Under the pieces are notes generated by a model. It saw only the letters and a list, made by a program, of their open reading frames with translations, had not been told where the DNA came from and did no database searches. 64,000 nucleotides of DNA from Lachnospira sp. UBA3212 (GTDB lineage Bacteria; Bacillota; Clostridia; Lachnospirales; Lachnospiraceae). How positions within the stretch are numbered: the first letter of the stretch is position 1; the number at the start of each line of letters is the position of its first letter. Location: positions 10,745-74,744 of the forward strand of contig DEWK01000019.1 of the NCBI GenBank assembly GCA_002363615.1, in the 5' to 3' direction. The position numbers and the translations under genes were made by a program. Below, one piece after another: positions 18,188 through 28,161 of this stretch.

Positions 18188-20512
18188 ATGATCCGTTTAG
18201 AAAATATTACGAAATACTACTATAGTCAGAATGCTGTGGCGGTAGGTTTAAACAAGGTGAATCTGGAATTCTCGGTAGGAGAATTTGTAGCAATCACCGG
18301 AGAAAGTGGTAGTGGTAAGTCCACCCTTTTAAATGTACTGGCGGGAATGATTCCCTATGAGGAGGGAGAGCTTTACGTAGATGGCAAGGCAACCTCTTAC
18401 TTTGACCAGCAGGACTTTGATATTTATCGCCGAGAATATATTGGCTTTATCTATCAGTCCTACAATTTGGTGGATAGCTATACAGCCTTAGAGAATGTAG
18501 AGGCGGTCCTTCTGATTGGAGAGAAAGAGGGAGAAGAGAGAAGGCAGCAAAGAGAAAAAGCCATGGGATACCTGGACTTAGTTGGATTAAAGGAAGTGGC
18601 CAATCATAAGGCTACCAACCTTTCTTCCGGTCAGAAACAAAGACTTGGAATTGCAAGAGCCTTAGCCAAGGAAACCAGGATTATAATTGCAGATGAACCT
18701 ACGGGAAATCTGGATGTGGAAAATGGTAAGGCCATTATGGAACTTCTTTCCAAACTGGCCAAAGACCGATTAGTCATTGTGGTTACCCACAACTATGAGC
18801 AGGCAGAGCCTTATGTTACAAGAAAAGTTCGACTGTTTGACGGAGAGGTAGCAGAGGATTTAGTGTTTGATGAAACTGGTAAGCCGACCACTTATATTCC
18901 AAAGGAAAGACCGAAGAAAAAGGAAGAGGAAGTGGAAAATGGCTTGGAGGAAAAGGGGCATCCTTTAAAAAAGATTGCCAGACAGTTTGTTCATATGAAT
19001 CATAAGTCGCAACCTCACAGAACCCTCTTTCTGGTCCTCTTTTTATTCCTGTCCTGCGCTGCCTATTTTGTCTTTACCGGCTCATTTTTAGGAGCCTTAG
19101 ATGACTATAAGGTGAGGGAACAAAGTACCAAATTATTTGCCAATGTAATAGATACCAGGTTGGAAGTAAGAAATCCTTCCGGCAAGGAATTAAGCAAGAG
19201 GGACATTACGAATATCAATGGAATAAAGCATCTAGATGAGGTGGATTCCTATGATGAAGTTAGCGATATTAGCTACCATTACCGGAAGGGAAAAGATTAC
19301 GAAGTGGAGTATTCAGTAAAAACGAATGCCTGGACTTCAGATTCTGTAGATCCTAAGCTGTTAGACAATGGACTGTTTATGCGGTCTGCCAGTTGCATCA
19401 CAAAGGATCAACTCTTAAAGGGACGACTTCCAAAGGCCTATAATGAAGTAGTGTTAAGCAAGTCGGATTTAAGTAAGTACCGGGAAGAAATCATTTTCTA
19501 TTTTGATAAGGAAACAGATTGGACCACCGGAGATGCTTACGGATTAACTTTGAAGGTGGTAGGAATCACCAAGGAAGATGACATGCAGGCTTATTTCTCA
19601 AATCAACTGTGTCAGGGAATTTCCGTGAAGCATGAGGGCTACGATGTGGATGTCATCCTTCATGAAACCAAGACCGTTAGCTATGAGGATCCAAACAGGG
19701 AAGGCTACGTATCCGATTATGAGAATAAAATCACCGCAACGGTGGTTTACAATCCGGAATTAGAAGCAAATCAGGTGAGAATCTCCAATAATCATTTCCT
19801 AGACCTTTTAGAGAAAAATGAAAATGGTGTTTCTAGTGTTCAGGCCATAGAGGATGAAGTTACGGTGAACTACCTTGTGGGAGATGAAACCAAGACCCTA
19901 GAAGCAAGTCTTGCCCCTGAGGGTGGTAATTTTTCAGACAATATGGTTGAGGTGGGAAAAGAAATCTATGAGACCATCTATGGGAAGGAAAGTCTGGTGC
20001 AGGTAACTGCCTACTTAGATGACTATTGCTATACCAACCGGGTTTTAAAGAAACTGGAAGAAAAGGGATATGAGGCGATTAGTGTATATCGTGTTAGTTC
20101 CGGGGATTACAATCCGGAGAAATCATCCAATCGAATCTCGACACTTTTGATTTCTGCCGGAGCCCTGCTTATAATCTTTCTTTTAGATATCATCGTAATT
20201 TATGCAATCTTAAAATTAAAGAAAAAAGATATCTTAACCCTTCGGTCCATTGGTATGAGGGAAGAAACCATGTACCGAATGAATCGTTACGAGATGTTAG
20301 GATTAACCGGCAGGGTATTGCTTGTAATCTTTGTTATGGCCTATGTTTTAAAATATGTGGGAGTAAGTCAGGTAAGCAACCTGGTAAAATACTATACCCC
20401 AAGTGCCTGGGTCTTTGTGGTCTTTATCAGTTTAGGAATGGCCCTTTTGACCAACCGATTCTTCAACAGATATTTAAAGAAGGCTGAAAGAGCCCTGTCT
20501 TCCAATATATAA
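18188..20512 (+). CDS. MacB-type fused ABC ATPase / FtsX-like permease (paralogue A)
   Basis: The NBD has GESGSGKST, LSSGQKQRLGIARAL and IIADEPTGNLD. It is followed by TM1, a ~330-aa extracytoplasmic domain and 3 C-terminal TM segments with an FtsX-like LRSIGM motif. Confidence 0.85.
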   Translation: MIRLENITKYYYSQNAVAVGLNKVNLEFSVGEFVAITGESGSGKSTLLNVLAGMIPYEEGELYVDGKATSYFDQQDFDIYRREYIGFIYQSYNLVDSYTALENVEAVLLIGEKEGEERRQQREKAMGYLDLVGLKEVANHKATNLSSGQKQRLGIARALAKETRIIIADEPTGNLDVENGKAIMELLSKLAKDRLVIVVTHNYEQAEPYVTRKVRLFDGEVAEDLVFDETGKPTTYIPKERPKKKEEEVENGLEEKGHPLKKIARQFVHMNHKSQPHRTLFLVLFLFLSCAAYFVFTGSFLGALDDYKVREQSTKLFANVIDTRLEVRNPSGKELSKRDITNINGIKHLDEVDSYDEVSDISYHYRKGKDYEVEYSVKTNAWTSDSVDPKLLDNGLFMRSASCITKDQLLKGRLPKAYNEVVLSKSDLSKYREEIIFYFDKETDWTTGDAYGLTLKVVGITKEDDMQAYFSNQLCQGISVKHEGYDVDVILHETKTVSYEDPNREGYVSDYENKITATVVYNPELEANQVRISNNHFLDLLEKNENGVSSVQAIEDEVTVNYLVGDETKTLEASLAPEGGNFSDNMVEVGKEIYETIYGKESLVQVTAYLDDYCYTNRVLKKLEEKGYEAISVYRVSSGDYNPEKSSNRISTLLISAGALLIIFLLDIIVIYAILKLKKKDILTLRSIGMREETMYRMNRYEMLGLTGRVLLVIFVMAYVLKYVGVSQVSNLVKYYTPSAWVFVVFISLGMALLTNRFFNRYLKKAERALSSNI

Positions 20513-20548
20513 GAGGCAGGGGAGCTAGAAAAGAAATTAGGAGTAAAC

Positions 20549-23140
20549 ATGATTAAAGTTGAAAAGTTAAATAAATATTATAACAAGGGCAAAAGCAATG
20601 AGCTTCATGTAATTAATGAAACCAGCCTGACTTTTGCTGACACAGGACTGGTGTGCATCTTAGGTGAATCCGGTTCCGGTAAAACCACCTTAATGAATAC
20701 CATTAGTGGTTTGGATGATTTTGCAAATGGAACCATTGATGTGGATGGAGAAACCATTACCAAGTTTGGTTCAGCCAAACAGGAAAGTGTAAGAAATGAG
20801 AAGTTTGGATACATTTTCCAAAACTATTATCTCTTACAGGAGCGTAGTGTTGCCTATAATATCAAATTGGCATTATCCTTATATGATATTTCCGAGGAAG
20901 AAAAGGAAAGCCGCGTGGACTATGTCTTAAAGGCAGTGGGCATGGCCAGATTTAAGAAGAGACTCGTTTCTCAGCTTTCCGGTGGACAGCAGCAGAGAAT
21001 TGCCATTGCCAGAGCCTTGGCAAAGACCCCAAGGGTTATTTTTGCAGATGAGCCAACGGGAAACTTAGACGAGCAAAATACCATGAAAATTATGGGAATT
21101 CTAAAGAAGGTTTCTAAGGATTGCCTGGTCATCTTAGTTACCCATGAGCGGTCCATTGCAGACTTTTTCGCAGATCGTATCCTTGAAATTGCAGATGGTA
21201 AGGTGGTAAAAGATTTTGAAAAAACCAGCCACGGAACCTATTCTTATAACGATGATAACAACCTTTATCTTCAGGAGTATGAAAAGAAGACCTATGATCA
21301 TGAGGCCAGCAAGCTGGAAACCTTCTCGAATGAAGAGGCTCCCGGTATTAAGATTCGACTAATCTATGAAAATGGTAAGTACTATGTAACCACGGAGAGC
21401 GAGGTTCCAATTGAATACCTGACAGCCGATAAGGACATTCAGGTAATTGATAGTAAGCGCCCACAGGTAGATCTTTCGGAAATCGAGGAGATGGACTACA
21501 ACCTAGAGTCGGTTCAGTCTACAAAAAAACCAAAATTATCCTTGAAGGAAATCTGGAGCATTGCTATTTCCAATATTGCCATGATGGGAAAACGTCAGGT
21601 ACTTTTGGTGTTAACCTTTTTAGTAATGGCGGTATTAGTTGTTCTTACGGTACAGGATATGATGGGCATTCTCTCTATTAACAAGGAAGATGTGGTAACC
21701 AACGATTCTCATGTAATTAGTGTTCGAGCATCTAAGGGAGCCCTGATTTCCAGCGACGAAATGGATGAAAATTTCGGGAAATTTATTTCAGATGTTGAAA
21801 AGAACCAGAAGAAGGTCCTTATTATGCCGGAAACCTCAGGAGTAAAACTTTACTACCAGTATGAAGGTTTTTGGCAGTTAGAAAATGTAACGAGTGCCTT
21901 AGAGGGTTTTACCGTTGTGCCATTAGAGAAACTTTCTAAGAAGGATTTGATTTATGGACGCATGCCAAAGGGTGCCAATGAAATCGTCATTGACCGTTGG
22001 GTTTTAGATCAGTTTATCAATGGGGAATCAGAAGTTGCCAATATGATTTCCAATGTGGAGCATTTCTTAAACGGAACCGTAACCACAGCAACTGAGCAAG
22101 GAGACGAATATAAGATCGTAGGTATTTCCGACAGCAAAGAGCCAGATGTTTATATGGATAAGTTCCAGGCACTTTCCTTCTCGGATTTTGGAACCAGTGT
22201 GACAAGTCTTGATACCTTAAAGGCCCTGGATGATTCCTATGCTTCTACCAATCTTGCTAAGGATGAGTGTTTATTAGATGCTGGGACTGCAGAGGAGGCA
22301 ATGCTTTCTGAGTTAACCCTCACCTATCATGCCTATGTTAAGTATTACACCACAGGTGGTTTTCGAAATGCGGGCAGGGATGCCGACTTTGATGAATATG
22401 AAAAAGAGTATGGAATCACCTATCAGGAATTCCTGGAACTTTTAAAACATCCGGAAGAGATGGATCTTACCTACACTGCCGGCAATGACATGGAATTTAA
22501 GGTGGCAGGAATCCTTCCGGATGACTATCAGGCATCCATGGTTCTTTCAGATGAGGCCTATGCATCGGTAGTCCTTGAAACCGCAAAGAAGTATCATCGT
22601 TTTGCGGCTTACAGTGAGGACCGAGAAGTCTTAAAGGAATTGATTGAAAAAAAGCTTTCTAAGGAATATGGTGATACCTTAAACTTCACAATCAATGATA
22701 AATATGGGGATGATATGGCAAAATTAAAAGAGGAAAGAAGCCAGATGTTAAGTGCTAGATTAATCGTAACCATTACCATTTTCGTAATTTCTATGATCCT
22801 CTTGTACTTTACCATGAAGGCCAATGTGGCGATGAGAATCACAGACCTGGGTGTGTACCGACTCCTAGGAATCTCAAAGGGAAGTATTATTGGACTCTTT
22901 GTCATTGAAAATGCTGTGATTACTTCTTACACCTCCTTATTGGGGGTAATCGTTACCACAATCATTACGAAATTTATTGCGTCGGTGCCTTCTTTGGAGA
23001 TGGATTTGGTTTATCCTTGGTATGCAATCCTTTTCACGATCTTCTTCTTGTATTTGGTAAATATTGTAATCGGAATTCTTCCGGTAAGGAAGATGTTAAA
23101 ACTTCCTCCAGCTCAGTTAGCTGCGAAGTATGATATGTAA
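20549..23140 (+). CDS. MacB-type fused ABC ATPase / FtsX-like permease (divergent member B)
   Basis: The NBD has GESGSGKTT, LSGGQQQRIAIARAL and IFADEPTGNLD. A ~110-aa linker, TM1, a ~370-aa ectodomain and an FtsX-type C-terminus (YRLLGISKG) follow. Confidence 0.85.
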   Translation: MIKVEKLNKYYNKGKSNELHVINETSLTFADTGLVCILGESGSGKTTLMNTISGLDDFANGTIDVDGETITKFGSAKQESVRNEKFGYIFQNYYLLQERSVAYNIKLALSLYDISEEEKESRVDYVLKAVGMARFKKRLVSQLSGGQQQRIAIARALAKTPRVIFADEPTGNLDEQNTMKIMGILKKVSKDCLVILVTHERSIADFFADRILEIADGKVVKDFEKTSHGTYSYNDDNNLYLQEYEKKTYDHEASKLETFSNEEAPGIKIRLIYENGKYYVTTESEVPIEYLTADKDIQVIDSKRPQVDLSEIEEMDYNLESVQSTKKPKLSLKEIWSIAISNIAMMGKRQVLLVLTFLVMAVLVVLTVQDMMGILSINKEDVVTNDSHVISVRASKGALISSDEMDENFGKFISDVEKNQKKVLIMPETSGVKLYYQYEGFWQLENVTSALEGFTVVPLEKLSKKDLIYGRMPKGANEIVIDRWVLDQFINGESEVANMISNVEHFLNGTVTTATEQGDEYKIVGISDSKEPDVYMDKFQALSFSDFGTSVTSLDTLKALDDSYASTNLAKDECLLDAGTAEEAMLSELTLTYHAYVKYYTTGGFRNAGRDADFDEYEKEYGITYQEFLELLKHPEEMDLTYTAGNDMEFKVAGILPDDYQASMVLSDEAYASVVLETAKKYHRFAAYSEDREVLKELIEKKLSKEYGDTLNFTINDKYGDDMAKLKEERSQMLSARLIVTITIFVISMILLYFTMKANVAMRITDLGVYRLLGISKGSIIGLFVIENAVITSYTSLLGVIVTTIITKFIASVPSLEMDLVYPWYAILFTIFFLYLVNIVIGILPVRKMLKLPPAQLAAKYDM

Positions 23141-23151
23141 GGCGGTGGAAG

Positions 23152-25521
23152 ATGATTCGAATTGAAAATTTATCCAAATTTTACTATGACCAAAGTGGTG
23201 TCACTATGGGACTTCGCCGAATCAACCTCACCATGGAGCGAGGGGAATTCGTGGCGATTACCGGTGAAAGTGGTTCTGGTAAATCTACTCTTTTAAATGT
23301 AATTAGTGGAATGGATACCTTCGAGGAAGGAGAAATCTATTTTGACAACCATCCCACTTCCCATTTCGGACCGGACGATTGGGAAATCTATCGTCGTGAC
23401 CGAATTGGATTTATCTATCAGAACTATAACTTGATTGATTCCTATACCGCCTTAGAAAATGTAGAGGCCGTCCTTTTATTGGGAAATCAGGAAAGAGAGG
23501 ACCGAAAGGAAAAGGCCCTTTCCTATCTGGACAAGGTAGGTTTAAAAGAGGTGGCAAACCATCATGCCACCCAGCTTTCTTCCGGACAGAAACAAAGACT
23601 TGCCATTGCAAGAGCCTTGGCTAAGGAGACAGAATTAATTTTAGCAGACGAGCCAACGGGTAACCTGGATTCTGAAAATGGCCTTGCCATTATGAAACTC
23701 TTATATGAACTTTCTAAGGATCATTTGGTAGTTGTAGTTACCCATAACTTTGAACAGGTGGAACAATATGCTACAAGAAAAATCCGTCTTTATAGTGGAG
23801 AAGTGGTTTCAGATATCCAGGGAAAGATGGAAAAGGCAAAAGTAGAAGAGCAGCCGGTAGAAAAGAAAGAAGACCGGGTGGCTACTAAGAAAAAGACCTT
23901 TCGCAAGTCCCTGCAGACGGCAAGAAGGTTTGTTTCCATGAACAGACACTCGAAGCCTCACCGTACCCTTTTCATCTTCTTGTTTCTTCTGGCAGTTGCC
24001 GCGGGAATGTTTATTTTCTTTGGCTACTTTGTGGAAAATCTGGACGACAGTGACACGATGCGTTACACCAATTCGGCATTTGCCAATGCTTCAAAGGAGC
24101 GACTGGTGGTTCGAAAACCGGACGGGTCAAGTCTTGGTACAAAGGATGCCAAAAAGGTAGCCCGGATTTCCCATGTGGAAGAGGCAGACCTTTACGATGG
24201 GGCGAATGATGTGACCTACAGTTATCTGGAGGGAAGGGATTATAAGTTAACCTATCATTCAGAATCGAATAGCTTTAACAAGTTACCGGAAAGCGTATCC
24301 GTTGAGGTAATTGATAAGACCAAGTTTGTTCGAAGTGCCAGTGCACTTACCAAGGCTGGCTTAAAGTCTGGCAAATTACCTGTTAAGTATGATGAAGTAG
24401 TGGTTCCAAAGTCTTCCGGTTTAAAGTTGGGAGACAAGGCTACCTTCTACTTTACCAATGAAAATGCCTGGAGAGGGGATCCTTATGTAGGGATTGAAAT
24501 GACCGTTACTGGTTTGGTTTCTGGTAAGGGAGCAGGCTGTTATTTTGCGGATGTTCTTTGCCAAGCCTTCTGTCAGGATAGTTCAGATATGAGAACTTCC
24601 ATTTATTTGGCAGGTGGAGGAAGTGGTAAGGGAGTGGCCTCTGCCCCTTCTAGTTTAAGTGATGCCTTGGATGAGGCTTATGATCGAAGAGAGGGTGGTT
24701 CTACTACTTATCTTCGCTTAGAGGAATTGGTTTATATTCATAATCCTGACCTTGAGGAGGGAACCATTCGGGTATCGGAGGGCTTGATTGATTCTTGTAT
24801 CCATGTGGATAGTAATAACAATGCCAAGCAGACGACCTATCAGATTTACGATCAGGCTTTGATGAAGTACAATCCGGGGGGAGATGAGGAGAAAAGAGTA
24901 GAATTAAACGTTAAAATTGCTTCTGAAATCAGCAAGTCTTCCGCTACGGTTTTAGAACTGTCCACAGATATTTATGAGGAAATCTTCCCGGACAGGAAGA
25001 GTCGTCAGATGACGGTTCATATTTCTGATAAGGCTTATACCGACCGGGTATTGGAGAATTTAACCAAAGCCGGCTATGATGCGATTAGTGTCTACCGGGT
25101 GGGTACCACCAAGTACATGCAGGTACATGTGGAGGAACGTTTAGTTGCCTTGGGAATCAGCCTTGGTGGAATTATTCTAATCTTTGTGCTTGGAACCTTT
25201 ATTCTTTATCATTTGATGAAGTTAAATAAGGCAGATTTGATTATTCTTAAGTCCTTAGGAATGGAACGAAACACCATTCGGGGAATCAATTTCTATGAAC
25301 TTTTAATTGGAATGCTAGTCTGTGATGTGATTGTTTTAATCCATGCAGTTGTCCTTTATCTTATGGGAGAAGTCAATATTAGTGGTATGATGAAGTACTT
25401 TAGACTTCCACAGTTTTTGATTTATTTGATCTTTACTTGGATTGTGGCAGCGGGAGCAGCGTTCTTCTATAACCGCTATATCGAGAAACGTAGTCGTTTA
25501 ACAAATATAAAGGCAGATTAG
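23152..25521 (+). CDS. MacB-type fused ABC ATPase / FtsX-like permease (paralogue A')
   Basis: Same architecture as 18188-20512, with long shared strings (IGFIYQ.YNL.DSYTALENVEAVLL and Y[DE]AISVYRV). Confidence 0.85.
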   Translation: MIRIENLSKFYYDQSGVTMGLRRINLTMERGEFVAITGESGSGKSTLLNVISGMDTFEEGEIYFDNHPTSHFGPDDWEIYRRDRIGFIYQNYNLIDSYTALENVEAVLLLGNQEREDRKEKALSYLDKVGLKEVANHHATQLSSGQKQRLAIARALAKETELILADEPTGNLDSENGLAIMKLLYELSKDHLVVVVTHNFEQVEQYATRKIRLYSGEVVSDIQGKMEKAKVEEQPVEKKEDRVATKKKTFRKSLQTARRFVSMNRHSKPHRTLFIFLFLLAVAAGMFIFFGYFVENLDDSDTMRYTNSAFANASKERLVVRKPDGSSLGTKDAKKVARISHVEEADLYDGANDVTYSYLEGRDYKLTYHSESNSFNKLPESVSVEVIDKTKFVRSASALTKAGLKSGKLPVKYDEVVVPKSSGLKLGDKATFYFTNENAWRGDPYVGIEMTVTGLVSGKGAGCYFADVLCQAFCQDSSDMRTSIYLAGGGSGKGVASAPSSLSDALDEAYDRREGGSTTYLRLEELVYIHNPDLEEGTIRVSEGLIDSCIHVDSNNNAKQTTYQIYDQALMKYNPGGDEEKRVELNVKIASEISKSSATVLELSTDIYEEIFPDRKSRQMTVHISDKAYTDRVLENLTKAGYDAISVYRVGTTKYMQVHVEERLVALGISLGGIILIFVLGTFILYHLMKLNKADLIILKSLGMERNTIRGINFYELLIGMLVCDVIVLIHAVVLYLMGEVNISGMMKYFRLPQFLIYLIFTWIVAAGAAFFYNRYIEKRSRLTNIKAD

Positions 25522-25527
25522 TCCTAA

Positions 25528-25556
25528 TTGTGCTTTTGAATATTTCATGATATAAT
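25528..25556 (+). promoter_or_regulatory. Putative promoter of gdpP-rplI-dnaB
   Basis: TTGTGC, 17 nt spacer, TATAAT, with TGa extended -10 (25548-25556). It directly abuts the terminator hairpin. Confidence 0.4.
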
Positions 25557-25557
25557 A

Positions 25558-25590
25558 AAACCGCCTATCGCTTGATGGCGGTTTTATTTA
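25558..25590 (+). terminator. Rho-independent terminator after the ABC triad
   Basis: AAACCGCC pairs with GGCGGTTT, followed by a T-rich tail. Confidence 0.7.
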
Positions 25591-25606
25591 TTAAGGAGAA
25601 CAACGG

Positions 25607-27685
25607 ATGAGAAAAAATGTAAGGATTAAGGGAGCGATTCGTAATGTGATGATTGCCACCCTTATTATTTGTATTTTGGTCCTGCTGACAAATCTGCTTT
25701 TATTGGTATGTAATCGTAAGGCGGGTTTTCTTATGTTACCCTGTAGTATCATTACCCTGATTCTAACTTTGGTCCTTGTCATAGGAGCGCGAAATAAAAT
25801 TACCGCTGCTATGATTGACTTTGCCACGGAATATTCTCTGTTACAAAAGGGGATTTTGGGAGAGTTGGCGGTTCCTTATTGCATGATGGACCGGGATGGA
25901 AAGATTCTCTGGCAAAACAAGACATTTACAGGGCTTTGTTTAGAGAGGGGTTATACAGGAAAAAGTAAAAAAGATGCTACGGTGTTATTTCCGGAATTAG
26001 AAGCAATCAAGGTGTCAGAGCCTCAGGAACTTTGGAAGAATGATACCTGCACCCTTGCTCTTTCGGTGGATAAAAAGTTTTATTTAGCGGAATTAAGAAA
26101 GATTAACACGGATCAATCCTTTAAAAATAGTGAAAGTCCAGGTTTGGAGGATGAAGGAGAGGAAAACTTTTTAATTGCCATGACCCTTTATGACCAAACC
26201 GAAGTACGTCGTTTAAAAAGGGTGAACCTGGAGCAACGAATGGTTTCCGGCCTTGTGTATATTGATAATTACGACGAGGCAAGGGCATCGGTAGAAGAGG
26301 TACGTCGAGAACTTTTGATTGCCTTAGTAGAGCGTAAGATTACCATGTACTTTGGTGCAGTAGATGCCATTGTGTTAAAGGTAGAGAAGGACAAGTATTT
26401 TGTTTCTTTCAAGCAGAAATCATTGAATAATTTACAAAGCAACAAGTTTTCTTTGCTGGATGATGTGAAGTCTGTGAATGTTGGTAATACCATGGCGGTT
26501 ACCGTTAGTATTGCCATTGGAGCCGGAGGAGATACCTACGCTCAAAACTATGAATTTGCTAAAACAGCCATTGATCTTGCCCTTGGGCGAGGAGGAGATC
26601 AGGCAGTGGTTAAGAATAATGACAATGTTAGTTTCTACGGTGGAAAATCTAAGTCCGTGGAAAAGAGTACCCGGGTGAAGGCTCGAGTGAAGGCACATGC
26701 CCTACGAGAACTTTTATTAACGAAGGATCACGTTTTAATTATGGGTCACAAGATTGGAGACATTGATTGCTTAGGTGCAGCCATAGGTATGTATCGAGGA
26801 ATTACAGAACTTGGAAAGAGTGCCCAGATTGTTATTAATACGGTTACCTCTTCCCTTCGACCTGTCTTTGACCGGTTTTCTGTGGCAGAGGGCTATAGCC
26901 CGGATCTCTTTGTAAATAGTGAAGAGGCTCTGGAAATTTTAGATGAAGATACCTTAGTGATCGTAGTAGATGTAAACCGTCCGAGTTATACGGAGTGTCC
27001 GGAACTGTTAGAACGTTCTCAGGCAACGGTCATTTTAGACCACCACAGACAGCAAAGTGGAGAGATTATTTCGAATGCTGCGCTTGCCTATATTGAGCCA
27101 TCGGCTTCATCGGCTTGTGAGATGGTAGCGGAGATTTTGCAGTATCTTACGGATGATATTAAATTACGGCCGCAAGAGGCAGATGCCCTTTATGGTGGAA
27201 TCGTTTTAGATACCAACCAGTTTACCAATAAGGTAGGGGTTCGTACCTTTGAGGCAGCAGCCTATATTCGTAAGGCTGGTGCGGATGTGATTCGAGTAAA
27301 GAAAATCTTTCGGGATTCTGAACTTGAGTACAAGGCCAAGGCAGAAACGGTTCAGTCGGCAGACGTGTTTGGAAAGTATTTTATTATGTCGGTTTGCAAT
27401 CCGGATGGCCTGGAGTCACCAACAGTAGTGGCTTCTCAGGCGGCGAACGAATTGCTTAACATTAAAGATATTAAGGCGTCATTTGTATTGACACCTTATC
27501 AAAATCAGATTTATGTCAGTGCCCGGTCTATTGATGAGGTGAATGTGCAGCTAATCATGGAGCGACTGGGAGGAGGCGGTCATTTGAATATGGCTGGTGC
27601 CCAACTGGAAGACATGTCTTTGGCTGATGCGAAAGTATTGGTAAGAGATACGGTCTTAATGATGCAAAAAGAAAATGATATTTAA
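25607..27685 (+). CDS. gdpP: Cyclic-di-AMP phosphodiesterase GdpP (2 TM, PAS-like, degenerate GGDEF, DHH/DHHA1)
   Basis: The DHH motif (ILDHHRQ) and DHHA1 GGGGH (ERLGGGGHLNMAG) are present, with two N-terminal TM helices. The gdpP-rplI-dnaB order matches a synteny conserved in Firmicutes. Confidence 0.9.
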   Translation: MRKNVRIKGAIRNVMIATLIICILVLLTNLLLLVCNRKAGFLMLPCSIITLILTLVLVIGARNKITAAMIDFATEYSLLQKGILGELAVPYCMMDRDGKILWQNKTFTGLCLERGYTGKSKKDATVLFPELEAIKVSEPQELWKNDTCTLALSVDKKFYLAELRKINTDQSFKNSESPGLEDEGEENFLIAMTLYDQTEVRRLKRVNLEQRMVSGLVYIDNYDEARASVEEVRRELLIALVERKITMYFGAVDAIVLKVEKDKYFVSFKQKSLNNLQSNKFSLLDDVKSVNVGNTMAVTVSIAIGAGGDTYAQNYEFAKTAIDLALGRGGDQAVVKNNDNVSFYGGKSKSVEKSTRVKARVKAHALRELLLTKDHVLIMGHKIGDIDCLGAAIGMYRGITELGKSAQIVINTVTSSLRPVFDRFSVAEGYSPDLFVNSEEALEILDEDTLVIVVDVNRPSYTECPELLERSQATVILDHHRQQSGEIISNAALAYIEPSASSACEMVAEILQYLTDDIKLRPQEADALYGGIVLDTNQFTNKVGVRTFEAAAYIRKAGADVIRVKKIFRDSELEYKAKAETVQSADVFGKYFIMSVCNPDGLESPTVVASQAANELLNIKDIKASFVLTPYQNQIYVSARSIDEVNVQLIMERLGGGGHLNMAGAQLEDMSLADAKVLVRDTVLMMQKENDI

Positions 27686-27699
27686 CAGGAGGATTTTAA

Positions 27700-28146
27700 A
27701 TGCAGGTAATTTTAATACAGGATGTAAAGTCTCTTGGAAAAAAAGGTGATGTGGTAAAAGTGTCAGAAGGATACGCCAGAAATTTCATCCTTCCTAAGAA
27801 ACTTGGAATAGAAGCCACAAGTGCCAATTTAAATGATGTGAAATTAAAAAAAGCCAACGATGATAAGGTTGCCAAGGAGAATCTGGAGAAGGCTTCGGCT
27901 CTTGGAAAGAAGATTGAAGAAGGACAGGTAACCGTAGGAATTAAGGCGGGAAGCAATGGTCATTCCTTTGGTTCTGTGTCCAATAAGGAAATTGCAGAGG
28001 CTTTAAAGAGCCAGATGGGAATTGAAGTGGATCGCAAGAAGATTGTAATTCCTTCTCCGATCAAGTCAGAAGGTCGTTTTGAGGTAAGGGTAAAACTTCA
28101 TGCAAAAGTTGCAGCGAAGCTTGCGGTGGTTGTAGAAGCCAAGTAG
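27700..28146 (+). CDS. rplI: 50S ribosomal protein L9
   Basis: MQVILIQDVKSLGKKGDVVKVSEGYARNFILPKKLG is a typical L9 N-terminus. 148 aa. Confidence 0.97.
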   Translation: MQVILIQDVKSLGKKGDVVKVSEGYARNFILPKKLGIEATSANLNDVKLKKANDDKVAKENLEKASALGKKIEEGQVTVGIKAGSNGHSFGSVSNKEIAEALKSQMGIEVDRKKIVIPSPIKSEGRFEVRVKLHAKVAAKLAVVVEAK

Positions 28147-28161
28147 TTTTTGGAGTAAGAA

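Noticed and set aside
18188-25521. I considered whether the three large ATPase genes could be a soluble ABC-ATPase-type defence or SMC-like system.
   Set aside because: Each protein has four predicted TM helices in the MacB/FtsX arrangement and a large extracytoplasmic domain. No nuclease, HEPN, TIR or similar effector domains are visible. A transporter or mechanotransducer is the supported reading.
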